A stretch of DNA of 64,000 bases from Planctomycetota bacterium (GTDB lineage Bacteria > Planctomycetota > JAJSAM01 > JAJVHW01): NCBI GenBank assembly GCA_965248445.1, contig CBDFJG010000003.1, positions 1,088,001-1,152,000 on the forward strand, read 5' to 3'. A program made the position numbers and the translations under genes. Position 1 is the first letter of the stretch, and every line of letters begins with the position of its first letter. The notes beneath the pieces are model-generated. The model did not search any database and was not told the origin of the DNA. It saw nothing but the letters and a program-made list of their open reading frames with translations. Shown here piece by piece: positions 9,846-18,667 of the stretch.

Positions 9846-10940
9846 ATGAGCCGCGAAGTGCGTCAACACACCCGGTTCCGATCTCTGGCTCACGGCTTGG
9901 CCGTCCTCGTCGTCGCGGCGTTCGCGCTGCCTGCGCCGGCCCAGGATCCCGCGCCCGCGTCGACGAAGACGCCGCCGGCGGCCGCGGTCGCTCTTCGCGA
10001 CCAGACGGTCTACCGGCACGAGCCTTTCAAGATGACCGTCCGGCCGCCCATCAAACTGGCCAACGGTGTGTCGCTCGAGGTCCTCAAGTTCCCCTCGCCG
10101 GTCGCTACGGAGTTCAAGGAGCGCAACGACGTCGTGCGCGCCCGCCTCTTCCACACGAAGCAACCGACGCGGGCGGCGGTCATCGCGATCGGCGGCTGGA
10201 AGTTCGATCCGCTGACGCCGATCCTGGCGCAGCGCATCGCGGAGTCCGGCATCCAGGTCGTGTGGATCGAGATCCCGTATCAGGGCCAGCGCACCCCGAA
10301 GGGCGTACGCCCGGGTTCCTACACACTGTCCTCCGACATGCAGCGCAACGCGTTGTCGTTCATCCAGCTCACGCAGGACGTCGCACGCCTGAAGCACTGG
10401 CTGGTCGAGAAGCGCAACGTCGATCCCGAGAAGATCGGGTTGCTCGGAACCAGCCTCGGCGGGTTCGTGTCCGCGACGCTCTACGGCATGCACGAGAAGA
10501 GCTACAAGGCCGTCGTCGCGCAACTCGCCGGCGTGGACGTTGCGGGCGTCATCTACAACGGCAACTGGCTCACGAAACCGCTGCGTCGCGAACTCGAGGA
10601 GCAGGGCCTCTACGAGGACGACGTCCGCAAGCAGATGAACGTGATGAGCCCCGAGCAGTGGGTGAACCCGTCACGCAAGGACGGCGTGATGATCGTGGCA
10701 GCCGAGCTCGACGAGATCGTCCCGCTCGAGAAGAGCCAGGCGCTCTCCGACCTGTACGGCGGCGCGCGACTCATCGTCATGAAGGGCGAGAACCACCGGG
10801 CGAAGGACGGACTCGAGAAGTCGCTGCCCAAGGTGCGCGAGCACTTCGAGCGAGTGTTGCTCGGGCGCAAGCCGTCGGGCACGGCGGCCGAGAAGCCGGC
10901 GCCCGGCAACGAAGACTCCCCAGCGCCCGAGAAGCGCTAG
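9846..10940 (+). CDS. Secreted alpha/beta hydrolase
   Basis: Signal peptide, nucleophile elbow GTSLGG, DEIVP, terminal His (ENH). ATG at 9846 follows GGAGG. Confidence 0.85.
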   Translation: MSREVRQHTRFRSLAHGLAVLVVAAFALPAPAQDPAPASTKTPPAAAVALRDQTVYRHEPFKMTVRPPIKLANGVSLEVLKFPSPVATEFKERNDVVRARLFHTKQPTRAAVIAIGGWKFDPLTPILAQRIAESGIQVVWIEIPYQGQRTPKGVRPGSYTLSSDMQRNALSFIQLTQDVARLKHWLVEKRNVDPEKIGLLGTSLGGFVSATLYGMHEKSYKAVVAQLAGVDVAGVIYNGNWLTKPLRRELEEQGLYEDDVRKQMNVMSPEQWVNPSRKDGVMIVAAELDEIVPLEKSQALSDLYGGARLIVMKGENHRAKDGLEKSLPKVREHFERVLLGRKPSGTAAEKPAPGNEDSPAPEKR

Positions 10941-10943
10941 CGA

Positions 10944-11783
10944 CTACGCGACGCGCGAGACCGTCCGAATCGCGTCGACCACGGTGAGCACGTCGCTGTG
11001 CTTGCGGAACGACCCCGAGAGCCAGCCGAAGCGGCGGCCGTTCGCGTAGGCGGAGAGGCGCCCGAGCCCCTCGTCGCCCACCGCCTCGAGACTCGCGCGG
11101 AGCAAGGCCCGGTCGTCATCGCGGCGCGAGACGTAGTGCAGCCAGTCCATCAACTCGAGTGCGAGTGCCTCGTCGATGCGGAGCGATGGGTTGACGCGGT
11201 CCTCGAAGTCGAAGTACAGGAGCCGACCGCCCGGCGCGACCCAGACGTGCGTCAGACGGGGCGCGGGGTGAACGAGGTATCGGTCGTTCGTGCGGCGCGC
11301 GATGGACTGGCGACGGGCAAGGTCCTCTGTGGCGCGTAGCACGAGGTCGGTTACTTCTTCGCCACGCTTCTGCAGCGAGCGGAGCGAACAGCCGTGCTCG
11401 AACGCGAAGACCAGCGCGTGCGGACCCGGCTGATCCACGATCTCGAACGTCCCGAGCCCCGCGGCGGCGAACGCGCGGATGCACGCAACCTCGGACTGGA
11501 GCCGTTGGCGCGCCGAACTGCGAAGGGCGAGCGCCCGCGACCCCCAACGCGAGGAGAAGTTGCGCATGGCCTGCAGCGCGTAGCGCAGGTTCTGACGGTA
11601 CACCTTGAGCACGAGATCGCGCCCGCCGTGCCGAAAACGGATCAGCGCGTTCTTCTTCGGATCCCACGGCGCGAGGAACTGCACAACCGACGCTCCGTCG
11701 ACGTACGACGGCGCGTGTCGTGAGAGACAGTCCTGTGCAGTTGGCGCTCCGACCAACGCCTCACCCTCCCGCGGCGCGTACAC
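10944..11783 (-). CDS. Hypothetical protein with degenerate Kdo/RIO-kinase-like fold
   Basis: LVLKVY (Lys), E in helix C, LVHPAPRLTHVWV (catalytic-loop position) and YFDFE. Confidence 0.55.
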   Translation of the reverse strand: MYAPREGEALVGAPTAQDCLSRHAPSYVDGASVVQFLAPWDPKKNALIRFRHGGRDLVLKVYRQNLRYALQAMRNFSSRWGSRALALRSSARQRLQSEVACIRAFAAAGLGTFEIVDQPGPHALVFAFEHGCSLRSLQKRGEEVTDLVLRATEDLARRQSIARRTNDRYLVHPAPRLTHVWVAPGGRLLYFDFEDRVNPSLRIDEALALELMDWLHYVSRRDDDRALLRASLEAVGDEGLGRLSAYANGRRFGWLSGSFRKHSDVLTVVDAIRTVSRVA

Positions 11784-11804
11784 GACGTCGCCGTACGCGG
11801 AATG

Positions 11805-13214
11805 CTAGTCAGTGCTCCGCGGCCCCGTCATGTTCTCCGGGCGCACGAGACGCTCGAACTCATCGCGCGTCAGGTATCCCAGACGCTCTGCCGCATCGGC
11901 GAGTGTGATGCCTTCCGCATACGCGGTCTTCGCGACCTTTGCGGCCTTGTCGTAACCGATGTGCGGATTGAGCGCGGTCACAAGCATCAGACTCCGTTGC
12001 AGGTTCTCTGCGATGCGTTCGTGATTCGGCTCGATGCCCTGCGCGCACCGTTCGCGGAACGAGTCCGACGCGTCTGCCAACAGACGGATCGACTGGAGAC
12101 AGTTCCAGACCATGACCGGCTTGTAGACGTTCAGTTCGAAGTTGCCGCTCATGCCGCCGAAGGACACCGCGGTCTGGTTCCCCATCACCTGCGCGCACAC
12201 CATCGTGAGCGCCTCGCACTGTGTCGGGTTGATCTTGCCGGGCATGATCGAGCTGCCCGGCTCATTGGCCGGGATGGTGATTTCCCCAATCCCGCAGCGC
12301 GGGCCGCTGGCGAGCCAGCGCACGTCGTTCGCGATCTTGTGCAGCGCCGCAGCAAGCGTGGACAGACCGCCATGTGCGGCGACGAGCGCGTCGTGCGCCG
12401 CCAAACCCGCGAACTTGTTGGGCGCCGACACGAACGGCAAGCCCGCCAGGTCCGCGATCCGCTCGGCAACGAGATCCGCGTACTGTGGGTGCGTGTTCAG
12501 GCCCGTTCCGACGGCCGTGCCGCCGAGCGCGAGTTCCAGGAGTCCCGGGAGGGTGCCCTCGATCGCCCGCAACGCTCCGTCGAGCTGAGCCGCGTAGCCC
12601 GAGAACTCCTGACCGAGCGTGAGCGGCGTCGCGTCCTGCAAGTGCGTACGGCCGATCTTCACGATGTCGGCGAACTGGGAGGACTTCGAAGCGAACACCT
12701 CGCTCAGCGAGCGCACTGCCGGCATGAGCCGCTCGACGAGCTGACATGCCACGGCAACGTGCATCGCGGTCGGGAACGTGTCGTTGCTCGACTGTCCGCG
12801 GTTCACGTGGTCGTTCGGGTGCACTGGGGACTTGCTGCCCATCGCCCCGCCGGCCATCTCGATCGCGCGATTCGAGATCACCTCGTTCGCGTTCATGTTC
12901 GTCTGCGTGCCGCTTCCGGTCTGCCAGACGACGAGGGGGAAGTGATCGTCGAGAGCGCCCGAGATCACCTCGGACGCGGCGCGCTCCACGAGTTCCGCCG
13001 TCTCGGCGTCCAGGTCACCGAGCTCGCGGTTCGTCTGCGCGGCGGCCTTCTTGACGATGCCGAACGCTCGGATCATCTCGCGCGGGAACCGTTCCCCGCC
13101 GATCGGGAAGTTCTCGATCGAGCGCTGGGTCTGCGCCCCCCAGTAGCGGTCGGCAGCGACCTCGACGGGTCCCAGGCTGTCGGTCTCGGTGCGAGTGTCT
13201 GCGTGGCTCGGCAC
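11805..13214 (-). CDS. fumC: Fumarate hydratase class II
   Basis: [58 protein letters not shown]. Confidence 0.98.
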   Translation of the reverse strand: MPSHADTRTETDSLGPVEVAADRYWGAQTQRSIENFPIGGERFPREMIRAFGIVKKAAAQTNRELGDLDAETAELVERAASEVISGALDDHFPLVVWQTGSGTQTNMNANEVISNRAIEMAGGAMGSKSPVHPNDHVNRGQSSNDTFPTAMHVAVACQLVERLMPAVRSLSEVFASKSSQFADIVKIGRTHLQDATPLTLGQEFSGYAAQLDGALRAIEGTLPGLLELALGGTAVGTGLNTHPQYADLVAERIADLAGLPFVSAPNKFAGLAAHDALVAAHGGLSTLAAALHKIANDVRWLASGPRCGIGEITIPANEPGSSIMPGKINPTQCEALTMVCAQVMGNQTAVSFGGMSGNFELNVYKPVMVWNCLQSIRLLADASDSFRERCAQGIEPNHERIAENLQRSLMLVTALNPHIGYDKAAKVAKTAYAEGITLADAAERLGYLTRDEFERLVRPENMTGPRSTD

Positions 13215-13666
13215 GGCTCACCTCCGCCACCCGCGCGGCCATCCGGCGGGAGAGCAATGGAGGCTAGCCCCACACCCCCTCTAACGCGCAGGACGGGTGC
13301 GTCCGTCCCGGCCCTTGCAAGTCTGGGGCGACTGAGGCGCGCCGGCCTCTAGCGGTCGAACACAGCGCTGAAGATCGTCGACCAGATCGATCTGATCGTG
13401 AACGTGACTGACGGGAACGGCCGCCCCCCCCGGGGTTCGATCTGCGTGACCGTGAACGAGGCAGAGAAGAGCCGCGAGAGCCACCTGCGGCGCAGGACGA
13501 TACTCACCGGGATCACGTCACCACTCGGCATCAGGAACGGTCCGAAGGTCGTTGGAGACGTCGTCGACACGGACAGGGGCAGGAGCACCGTGCCCCGGGT
13601 GGGGAGGGAGATGGACGGCCCGCCGATCGCGCCGAAGACCGCGAGATGTTCTGCGGGCACCTCTAG

Positions 13667-15335
13667 CCCGAATCGTTCACCAGCCGGGAATCTGAGCGGG
13701 CCGTCGTCTGTCTAAGTGCTCGTACTCGCTAGTACTTGCACCGACAGGAGCGCCGGCCCGATGACGACAGACTGTAGCCCGCAGGGGACCCTCTTCGCGG
13801 GCATCTGTGGACGCACCGCGGTGACGCGCTTCGACGCCGGTACCGTGACGAGCGACGGGGGCGTGCTGCTGCTCGAGCGGGTCGATCGTCGCATCGATCT
13901 GCTCTCGCGGTTTGCGCGCTGCTTCGGGGACCACCGGGACCCGCGTCGGGTCGAGCACACGGTCGGCCAGATGCTGCGTCAGCGGGTCTTCGGGCTGTGC
14001 GCGGGCTACGAGGATCTGGTGGACCACGACCATGTCGGCAAGGACCCGCTGTTTGCCGCGGCGTGCGGCAAGCGCGAGGGTGCTCTGGCCACGCACCCGA
14101 CGCTCTCGCGGCTCGAGACCACGCAGCTCGGCGCCACGGCACAGACGCGCTACGCCAAGATCGAGATGGACCAGGAGCGCGTGGACAGCGTGCTCAGCGA
14201 CGTCTTCTGCGAGGCCATGGGGCCGGAGGATCCGGGCCTGCTCGTGCTGGACCTGGACCACTCCGACGTGCGGCTGCACGGCCGGCAGGAGGGCCGCTTC
14301 TTCCACGGCTACTACGGGCACTACTGCTACCTGCCGCTGTACGTCTTCTGCGGCGAGCACCTCTTGCTCGCTCGGCTCCAGACCGCTGACAGAGATCCCG
14401 CGCGCGGAGTCGTGGACGAGCTCCGTGCGCTGGTCTTACGTCTGCGGCGCCGCTGGCCCCGGGCCAAGGTGCTCGTGCGCGCAGACTCGGGCTTTTGCCG
14501 CGAGGAGCTGATGGCCTGGTGCGAGGCCGCCGGCCACTTCTACCTGCTGGGCATGGCGCGCAATGAGCGCCTTGAGCGACACGTCGAAGACGCGCTCGAT
14601 GAGGCCGCAGCCCGTGCCGTGCAGACCGGCCGAGCAGCCCGGGTCTTTCGCGACTTTGCCTGGACCACGCTGGGGAGCTGGAGCCAGAGGCGTCGCGTGG
14701 TCGCCAAGGCCGAGCACCTGCCGGGCGGCAAGCGCAATCCCCGCTTCGTGGTGACCAATCTGCCGCCTCGTAGCTGGAGCAGCAAGCGTCTCTACGAGCA
14801 GCTCTACTGCGCCCGGGGCGAGGCGGAGAATCGCATCAAGGAGCAGCAGCTCGAGCTCTTCGGCACCCGTCTGTCGGTGCACACGATGCAGGGCAACGCC
14901 GTGCGGATGGCCATGTCGGCCATGGCCTACGTCCTGACCTGTGCGCTGCGACGCATCGGTCTCGCCGGCACCGAGATGGCGCGTGCGCAAGCCGGCACGA
15001 TCCGCCTGCGGCTGCTCAAGATCGGCGCGCTCGTGCGGATCACGACGCGCCGGATCTGGGTCTCGATGTCCTCGTCGTGGCCCTGGCAGCACGTCTTCGA
15101 GCGCTGCGCGCAACGACTGCTGGCATCCCCGAAGCCGACCTGACGTCCCGCCGCGCCGTCCGCCACACCACCGCCCGGCCTACGGTCTGCCCACACCGCA
15201 GAATCCGCGCCGTTTCGGCCGCTCACTCGCGTTGCCCTTGTGGCAACGACGACAGCATCCGCCCTCGCCTGGCCAAGATCTGACCCTGTGGACTCCGAAA
15301 GCACCGTCATCGCGACGTCTCGTGAACAGATGCGG
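13667..15335 (+). mobile_element. IS1380-family element, copy 1 (1669 bp)
   Basis: Imperfect terminal IRs CCCGAATCGTTCAC / GTGAACAGATGCGG, CTAG on both sides. Boundaries defined by comparing six copies. Confidence 0.95.
13761..15143 (+). CDS. IS1380-family DDE transposase
   Basis: FDAGTVTSDGG, LDLD, HGRQEG.FFHGYY..YCYLPL, RADSGF, RVVAKAE, YCARGEAENRIKE. ATG follows an AGGAG RBS. Confidence 0.95.
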   Translation: MTTDCSPQGTLFAGICGRTAVTRFDAGTVTSDGGVLLLERVDRRIDLLSRFARCFGDHRDPRRVEHTVGQMLRQRVFGLCAGYEDLVDHDHVGKDPLFAAACGKREGALATHPTLSRLETTQLGATAQTRYAKIEMDQERVDSVLSDVFCEAMGPEDPGLLVLDLDHSDVRLHGRQEGRFFHGYYGHYCYLPLYVFCGEHLLLARLQTADRDPARGVVDELRALVLRLRRRWPRAKVLVRADSGFCREELMAWCEAAGHFYLLGMARNERLERHVEDALDEAAARAVQTGRAARVFRDFAWTTLGSWSQRRRVVAKAEHLPGGKRNPRFVVTNLPPRSWSSKRLYEQLYCARGEAENRIKEQQLELFGTRLSVHTMQGNAVRMAMSAMAYVLTCALRRIGLAGTEMARAQAGTIRLRLLKIGALVRITTRRIWVSMSSSWPWQHVFERCAQRLLASPKPT

Positions 15336-15339
15336 CTAG

Positions 15340-17008
15340 CCCGAATCGTTCACCAGCCGGGAATCTGAGCGGGCCGTCGTCTGTCTAAGTGCTCGTACTC
15401 GCTAGTACTTGCACCGACAGGAGCGCCGGCCCGATGACGACAGACTGTAGCCCGCAGGGGACCCTCTTCGCGGGCATCTGTGGACGCACCGCGGTGACGC
15501 GCTTCGACGCCGGTACCGTGACGAGCGACGGGGGCGTGCTGCTGCTCGAGCGGACCGATCGTCGCATCGATCTGCTCTCGCGGTTTGCGCGCTGCTTCGG
15601 GGACCACCGGGACCCGCGTCGGGTCGAGCACACGGTCGGCCAGATGCTGCGTCAGCGGGTCTTCGGGCTGTGCGCGGGCTACGAGGATCTGGTGGACCAC
15701 GACCATGTCGGCAAGGACCCGCTGTTTGCCGCGGCGTGCGGCAAGCGCGAGGGTGCTCTGGCCACGCACCCGACGCTCTCGCGGCTCGAGACCACGCAGC
15801 TCGGCGCCACGGCACAGACGCGCTACGCCAAGATCGAGATGGACCAGGAGCGCGTGGACAGCGTGCTCAGCGACGTCTTCTGCGAGGCCATGGGGCCGGA
15901 GGATCCGGGCCTGCTCGTGCTGGACCTGGACCACTCCGACGTGCGGCTGCACGGCCGGCAGGAGGGCCGCTTCTTCCACGGCTACTACGGGCACTACTGC
16001 TACCTGCCGCTGTACGTCTTCTGCGGCGAGCACCTCTTGCTCGCTCGGCTCCAGACCGCTGACAGAGATCCCGCGCGCGGAGTCGTGGACGAGCTCCGTG
16101 CGCTGGTCTTACGTCTGCGGCGCCGCTGGCCCCGGGCCAAGGTGCTCGTGCGCGCAGACTCGGGCTTTTGCCGCGAGGAGCTGATGGCCTGGTGCGAGGC
16201 CGCCGGCCACTTCTACCTGCTGGGCATGGCGCGCAATGAGCGCCTTGAGCGACACGTCGAAGACGCGCTCGATGAGGCCGCAGCCCGTGCCGTGCAGACC
16301 GGCCGAGCAGCCCGGGTCTTTCGCGACTTTGCCTGGACCACGCTGGGGAGCTGGAGCCAGAGGCGTCGCGTGGTCGCCAAGGCCGAGCACCTGCCGGGCG
16401 GCAAGCGCAATCCCCGCTTCGTGGTGACCAATCTGCCGCCTCGTAGCTGGAGCAGCAAGCGTCTCTACGAGCAGCTCTACTGCGCCCGGGGCGAGGCGGA
16501 GAATCGCATCAAGGAGCAGCAGCTCGAGCTCTTCGGCACCCGTCTGTCGGTGCACACGATGCAGGGCAACGCCGTGCGGATGGCCATGTCGGCCATGGCC
16601 TACGTCCTGACCTGTGCGCTGCGACGCATCGGTCTCGCCGGCACCGAGATGGCGCGTGCGCAAGCCGGCACGATCCGCCTGCGGCTGCTCAAGATCGGCG
16701 CGCTCGTGCGGATCACGACGCGCCGGATCTGGGTCTCGATGTCCTCGTCGTGGCCCTGGCAGCACGTCTTCGAGCGCTGCGCGCAACGACTGCTGGCATC
16801 CCCGAAGCCGACCTGACGTCCCGCCGCGCCGTCCGCCACACCACCGCCCGGCCTACGGTCTGCCCACACCGCAGAATCCGCGCCGTTTCGGCCGCTCACT
16901 CGCGTTGCCCTTGTGGCAACGACGACAGCATCCGCCCTCGCCTGGCCAAGATCTGACCCTGTGGACTCCGAAAGCACCGTCATCGCGACGTCTCGTGAAC
17001 AGATGCGG
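15340..17008 (+). mobile_element. IS1380-family element, copy 2 (tandem with copy 1)
   Basis: Same IRs. Shares CTAG 15336-15339 with copy 1 and is followed by CTAG 17009-17012. Allele ERTDRR. Confidence 0.95.
15434..16816 (+). CDS. IS1380-family DDE transposase
   Basis: Identical to copy 1 except V->T in ERxDRR. Confidence 0.95.
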   Translation: MTTDCSPQGTLFAGICGRTAVTRFDAGTVTSDGGVLLLERTDRRIDLLSRFARCFGDHRDPRRVEHTVGQMLRQRVFGLCAGYEDLVDHDHVGKDPLFAAACGKREGALATHPTLSRLETTQLGATAQTRYAKIEMDQERVDSVLSDVFCEAMGPEDPGLLVLDLDHSDVRLHGRQEGRFFHGYYGHYCYLPLYVFCGEHLLLARLQTADRDPARGVVDELRALVLRLRRRWPRAKVLVRADSGFCREELMAWCEAAGHFYLLGMARNERLERHVEDALDEAAARAVQTGRAARVFRDFAWTTLGSWSQRRRVVAKAEHLPGGKRNPRFVVTNLPPRSWSSKRLYEQLYCARGEAENRIKEQQLELFGTRLSVHTMQGNAVRMAMSAMAYVLTCALRRIGLAGTEMARAQAGTIRLRLLKIGALVRITTRRIWVSMSSSWPWQHVFERCAQRLLASPKPT

Positions 17009-17103
17009 CTAGGGGCGACCGATCCTCCGCAAGGGAGTCACCGGGGGGTCATGGGGCGCCGGGGCGAGGCTCGATCGGGAGGCTCGAGCGGGAGGCTCCG
17101 GGC

Positions 17104-18576
17104 TCAGCGCCCGTATCGCTTCTTGTAGGCGGCCTCGCCTATCACACAGCGAAACCCTATGTTCGCCGCGACCTCGCCGGGCTCGACCGTCCAGCGGGAC
17201 CGCGTCGTGCACTCGCTGCCCCGCGAGCGGTAACTGCCGCCCCGGATCACGATCCGGCCGTCCTTCGGGACGGTCCGCCCGATCGGCTTCCGCGTGGCGA
17301 GAGTGGAGGTGAATTCAGCGACATTGCCCGCAAGACCGCGCACTCCCTCTGGCGTGACGTCGCCGTTCTCGTCGCGGACCGACTGCGCGCCGCCGGCAGA
17401 GTCACCGTGCACCCAAGTGACGTTGACCGTGTCGGTGCCCCATGGATAGGTGCGGTCGAGCTCTCCCGCGGACGCGATGCGCTCCCATTCGTCTTCGGTC
17501 GGGAGGCGCTTGCCGAGATTCGCCGCGTACCGCTTCGCCTGCACATACGTCACACCGGTCACGGGGTGATGCGCGAGGCCACCGGGCAACATGGGCAGCA
17601 CGGGCATCTCGTCGAGGTCGAGCGTCCAGCCCTGCGGAAGCAGCGAGTCGCGGTCGGACGGCTTCGCGTTCACCAGGAACGCGCGGTACTGACCGCAGGT
17701 GACCTCGTGCACATCTGCCCACAGCGCCTTGACCGTGACCTTGTGCCGCTTCTCGGACTTGTCCCCCAGCTCCGCGACCCAGCCGGTCCACGGTCCCACT
17801 TCGATTCGTGTGCGATCGAAGTGCACCATCTCGGTCTCAGCGTCGGCAGCAGGGCCGTCGGTGCTCTCATCGCCTCCGGGTCCGTCGCCGCCATCCGTGT
17901 TCGTCGCGCCGTGCGCCTCGCGCCACGCCATCACGGTCGGCGCGGCGGTGAAGAACCCGTCCCAGACGTCCGAGGGCTCGTCTGCCGCGAACACATCGTC
18001 GGCGACGGCGACGAACGCCGCCACGCCGCCCAGGGTGTCCTCCGCGCGCAGCGCCGCGACCGCCAGCCGGCCCACCACGAACAGCGCGTCCGAGGACAGC
18101 AGGCGCTGCTTGGCGTCGGCGGAGCGCAGGACGAGCGTGCCGAGAGCGGTGTCGACGGGCAGCTCGGGATCTCCGCGCGCGTCCGTGGCCACGGCTTTCA
18201 GAAGCTCCGCGTACTGGGCTCCGGCGGCGCGGCGGGCCACAGCGCCGGAGCGGTGGTCGCCGTGATCCGTTTCGAGATCGAGGAAGGCGAGCTCCATCGC
18301 CCGCAGCAGCGCGGCCTTCTCGGCGGCGCTCTTCTCGTCCTTCTCGTCCTTCTCGTCCTTCTCGTCCGTCTCACCCGGCTCGCCCGGCTCGTCCTGAGCG
18401 TGCGCGCCCGGTACGAGGAGATCGAACGGTACGAATAGATCGGCGAGCAGACCGAACGTGAATACGGGCAGCAGGAGCAGCGCCACCCACGCGGGGGTGA
18501 TCGCGAAACGACGTGCGCGCTGCCGTGACGGAACGATACGATCCTCCCGAGGCCGCCACCCAATGTTCACAAGCAC
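17104..18576 (-). CDS. FGE-sulfatase (SUMF1) domain protein
   Basis: HEVT..QY, HPVTGVT, KRLPTEDEWE, YPWG, GLAGNVAEF, RGGSY, IGFRC. The true start may lie downstream of the ORF start. Confidence 0.88.
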   Translation of the reverse strand: MLVNIGWRPREDRIVPSRQRARRFAITPAWVALLLLPVFTFGLLADLFVPFDLLVPGAHAQDEPGEPGETDEKDEKDEKDEKSAAEKAALLRAMELAFLDLETDHGDHRSGAVARRAAGAQYAELLKAVATDARGDPELPVDTALGTLVLRSADAKQRLLSSDALFVVGRLAVAALRAEDTLGGVAAFVAVADDVFAADEPSDVWDGFFTAAPTVMAWREAHGATNTDGGDGPGGDESTDGPAADAETEMVHFDRTRIEVGPWTGWVAELGDKSEKRHKVTVKALWADVHEVTCGQYRAFLVNAKPSDRDSLLPQGWTLDLDEMPVLPMLPGGLAHHPVTGVTYVQAKRYAANLGKRLPTEDEWERIASAGELDRTYPWGTDTVNVTWVHGDSAGGAQSVRDENGDVTPEGVRGLAGNVAEFTSTLATRKPIGRTVPKDGRIVIRGGSYRSRGSECTTRSRWTVEPGEVAANIGFRCVIGEAAYKKRYGR

Positions 18577-18667
18577 GGGCTCCTCAGTGACGGCGCCGTG
18601 CGGGCACGCCGTCCTCTCGGTCCGCTATCGTACATCCCCGCGGCCCAACCACGCTGCGAAGGGGCGC

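Noticed and set aside
13716..13760. GTG start for the IS1380 transposase
   Set aside because: The ATG at 13761 has an AGGAG RBS and matches the usual family N-terminus.
18331..18366. CTTCTCGTC x4 tandem repeat
   Set aside because: An in-frame DEK linker expansion in a low-complexity region that does not disrupt the gene.
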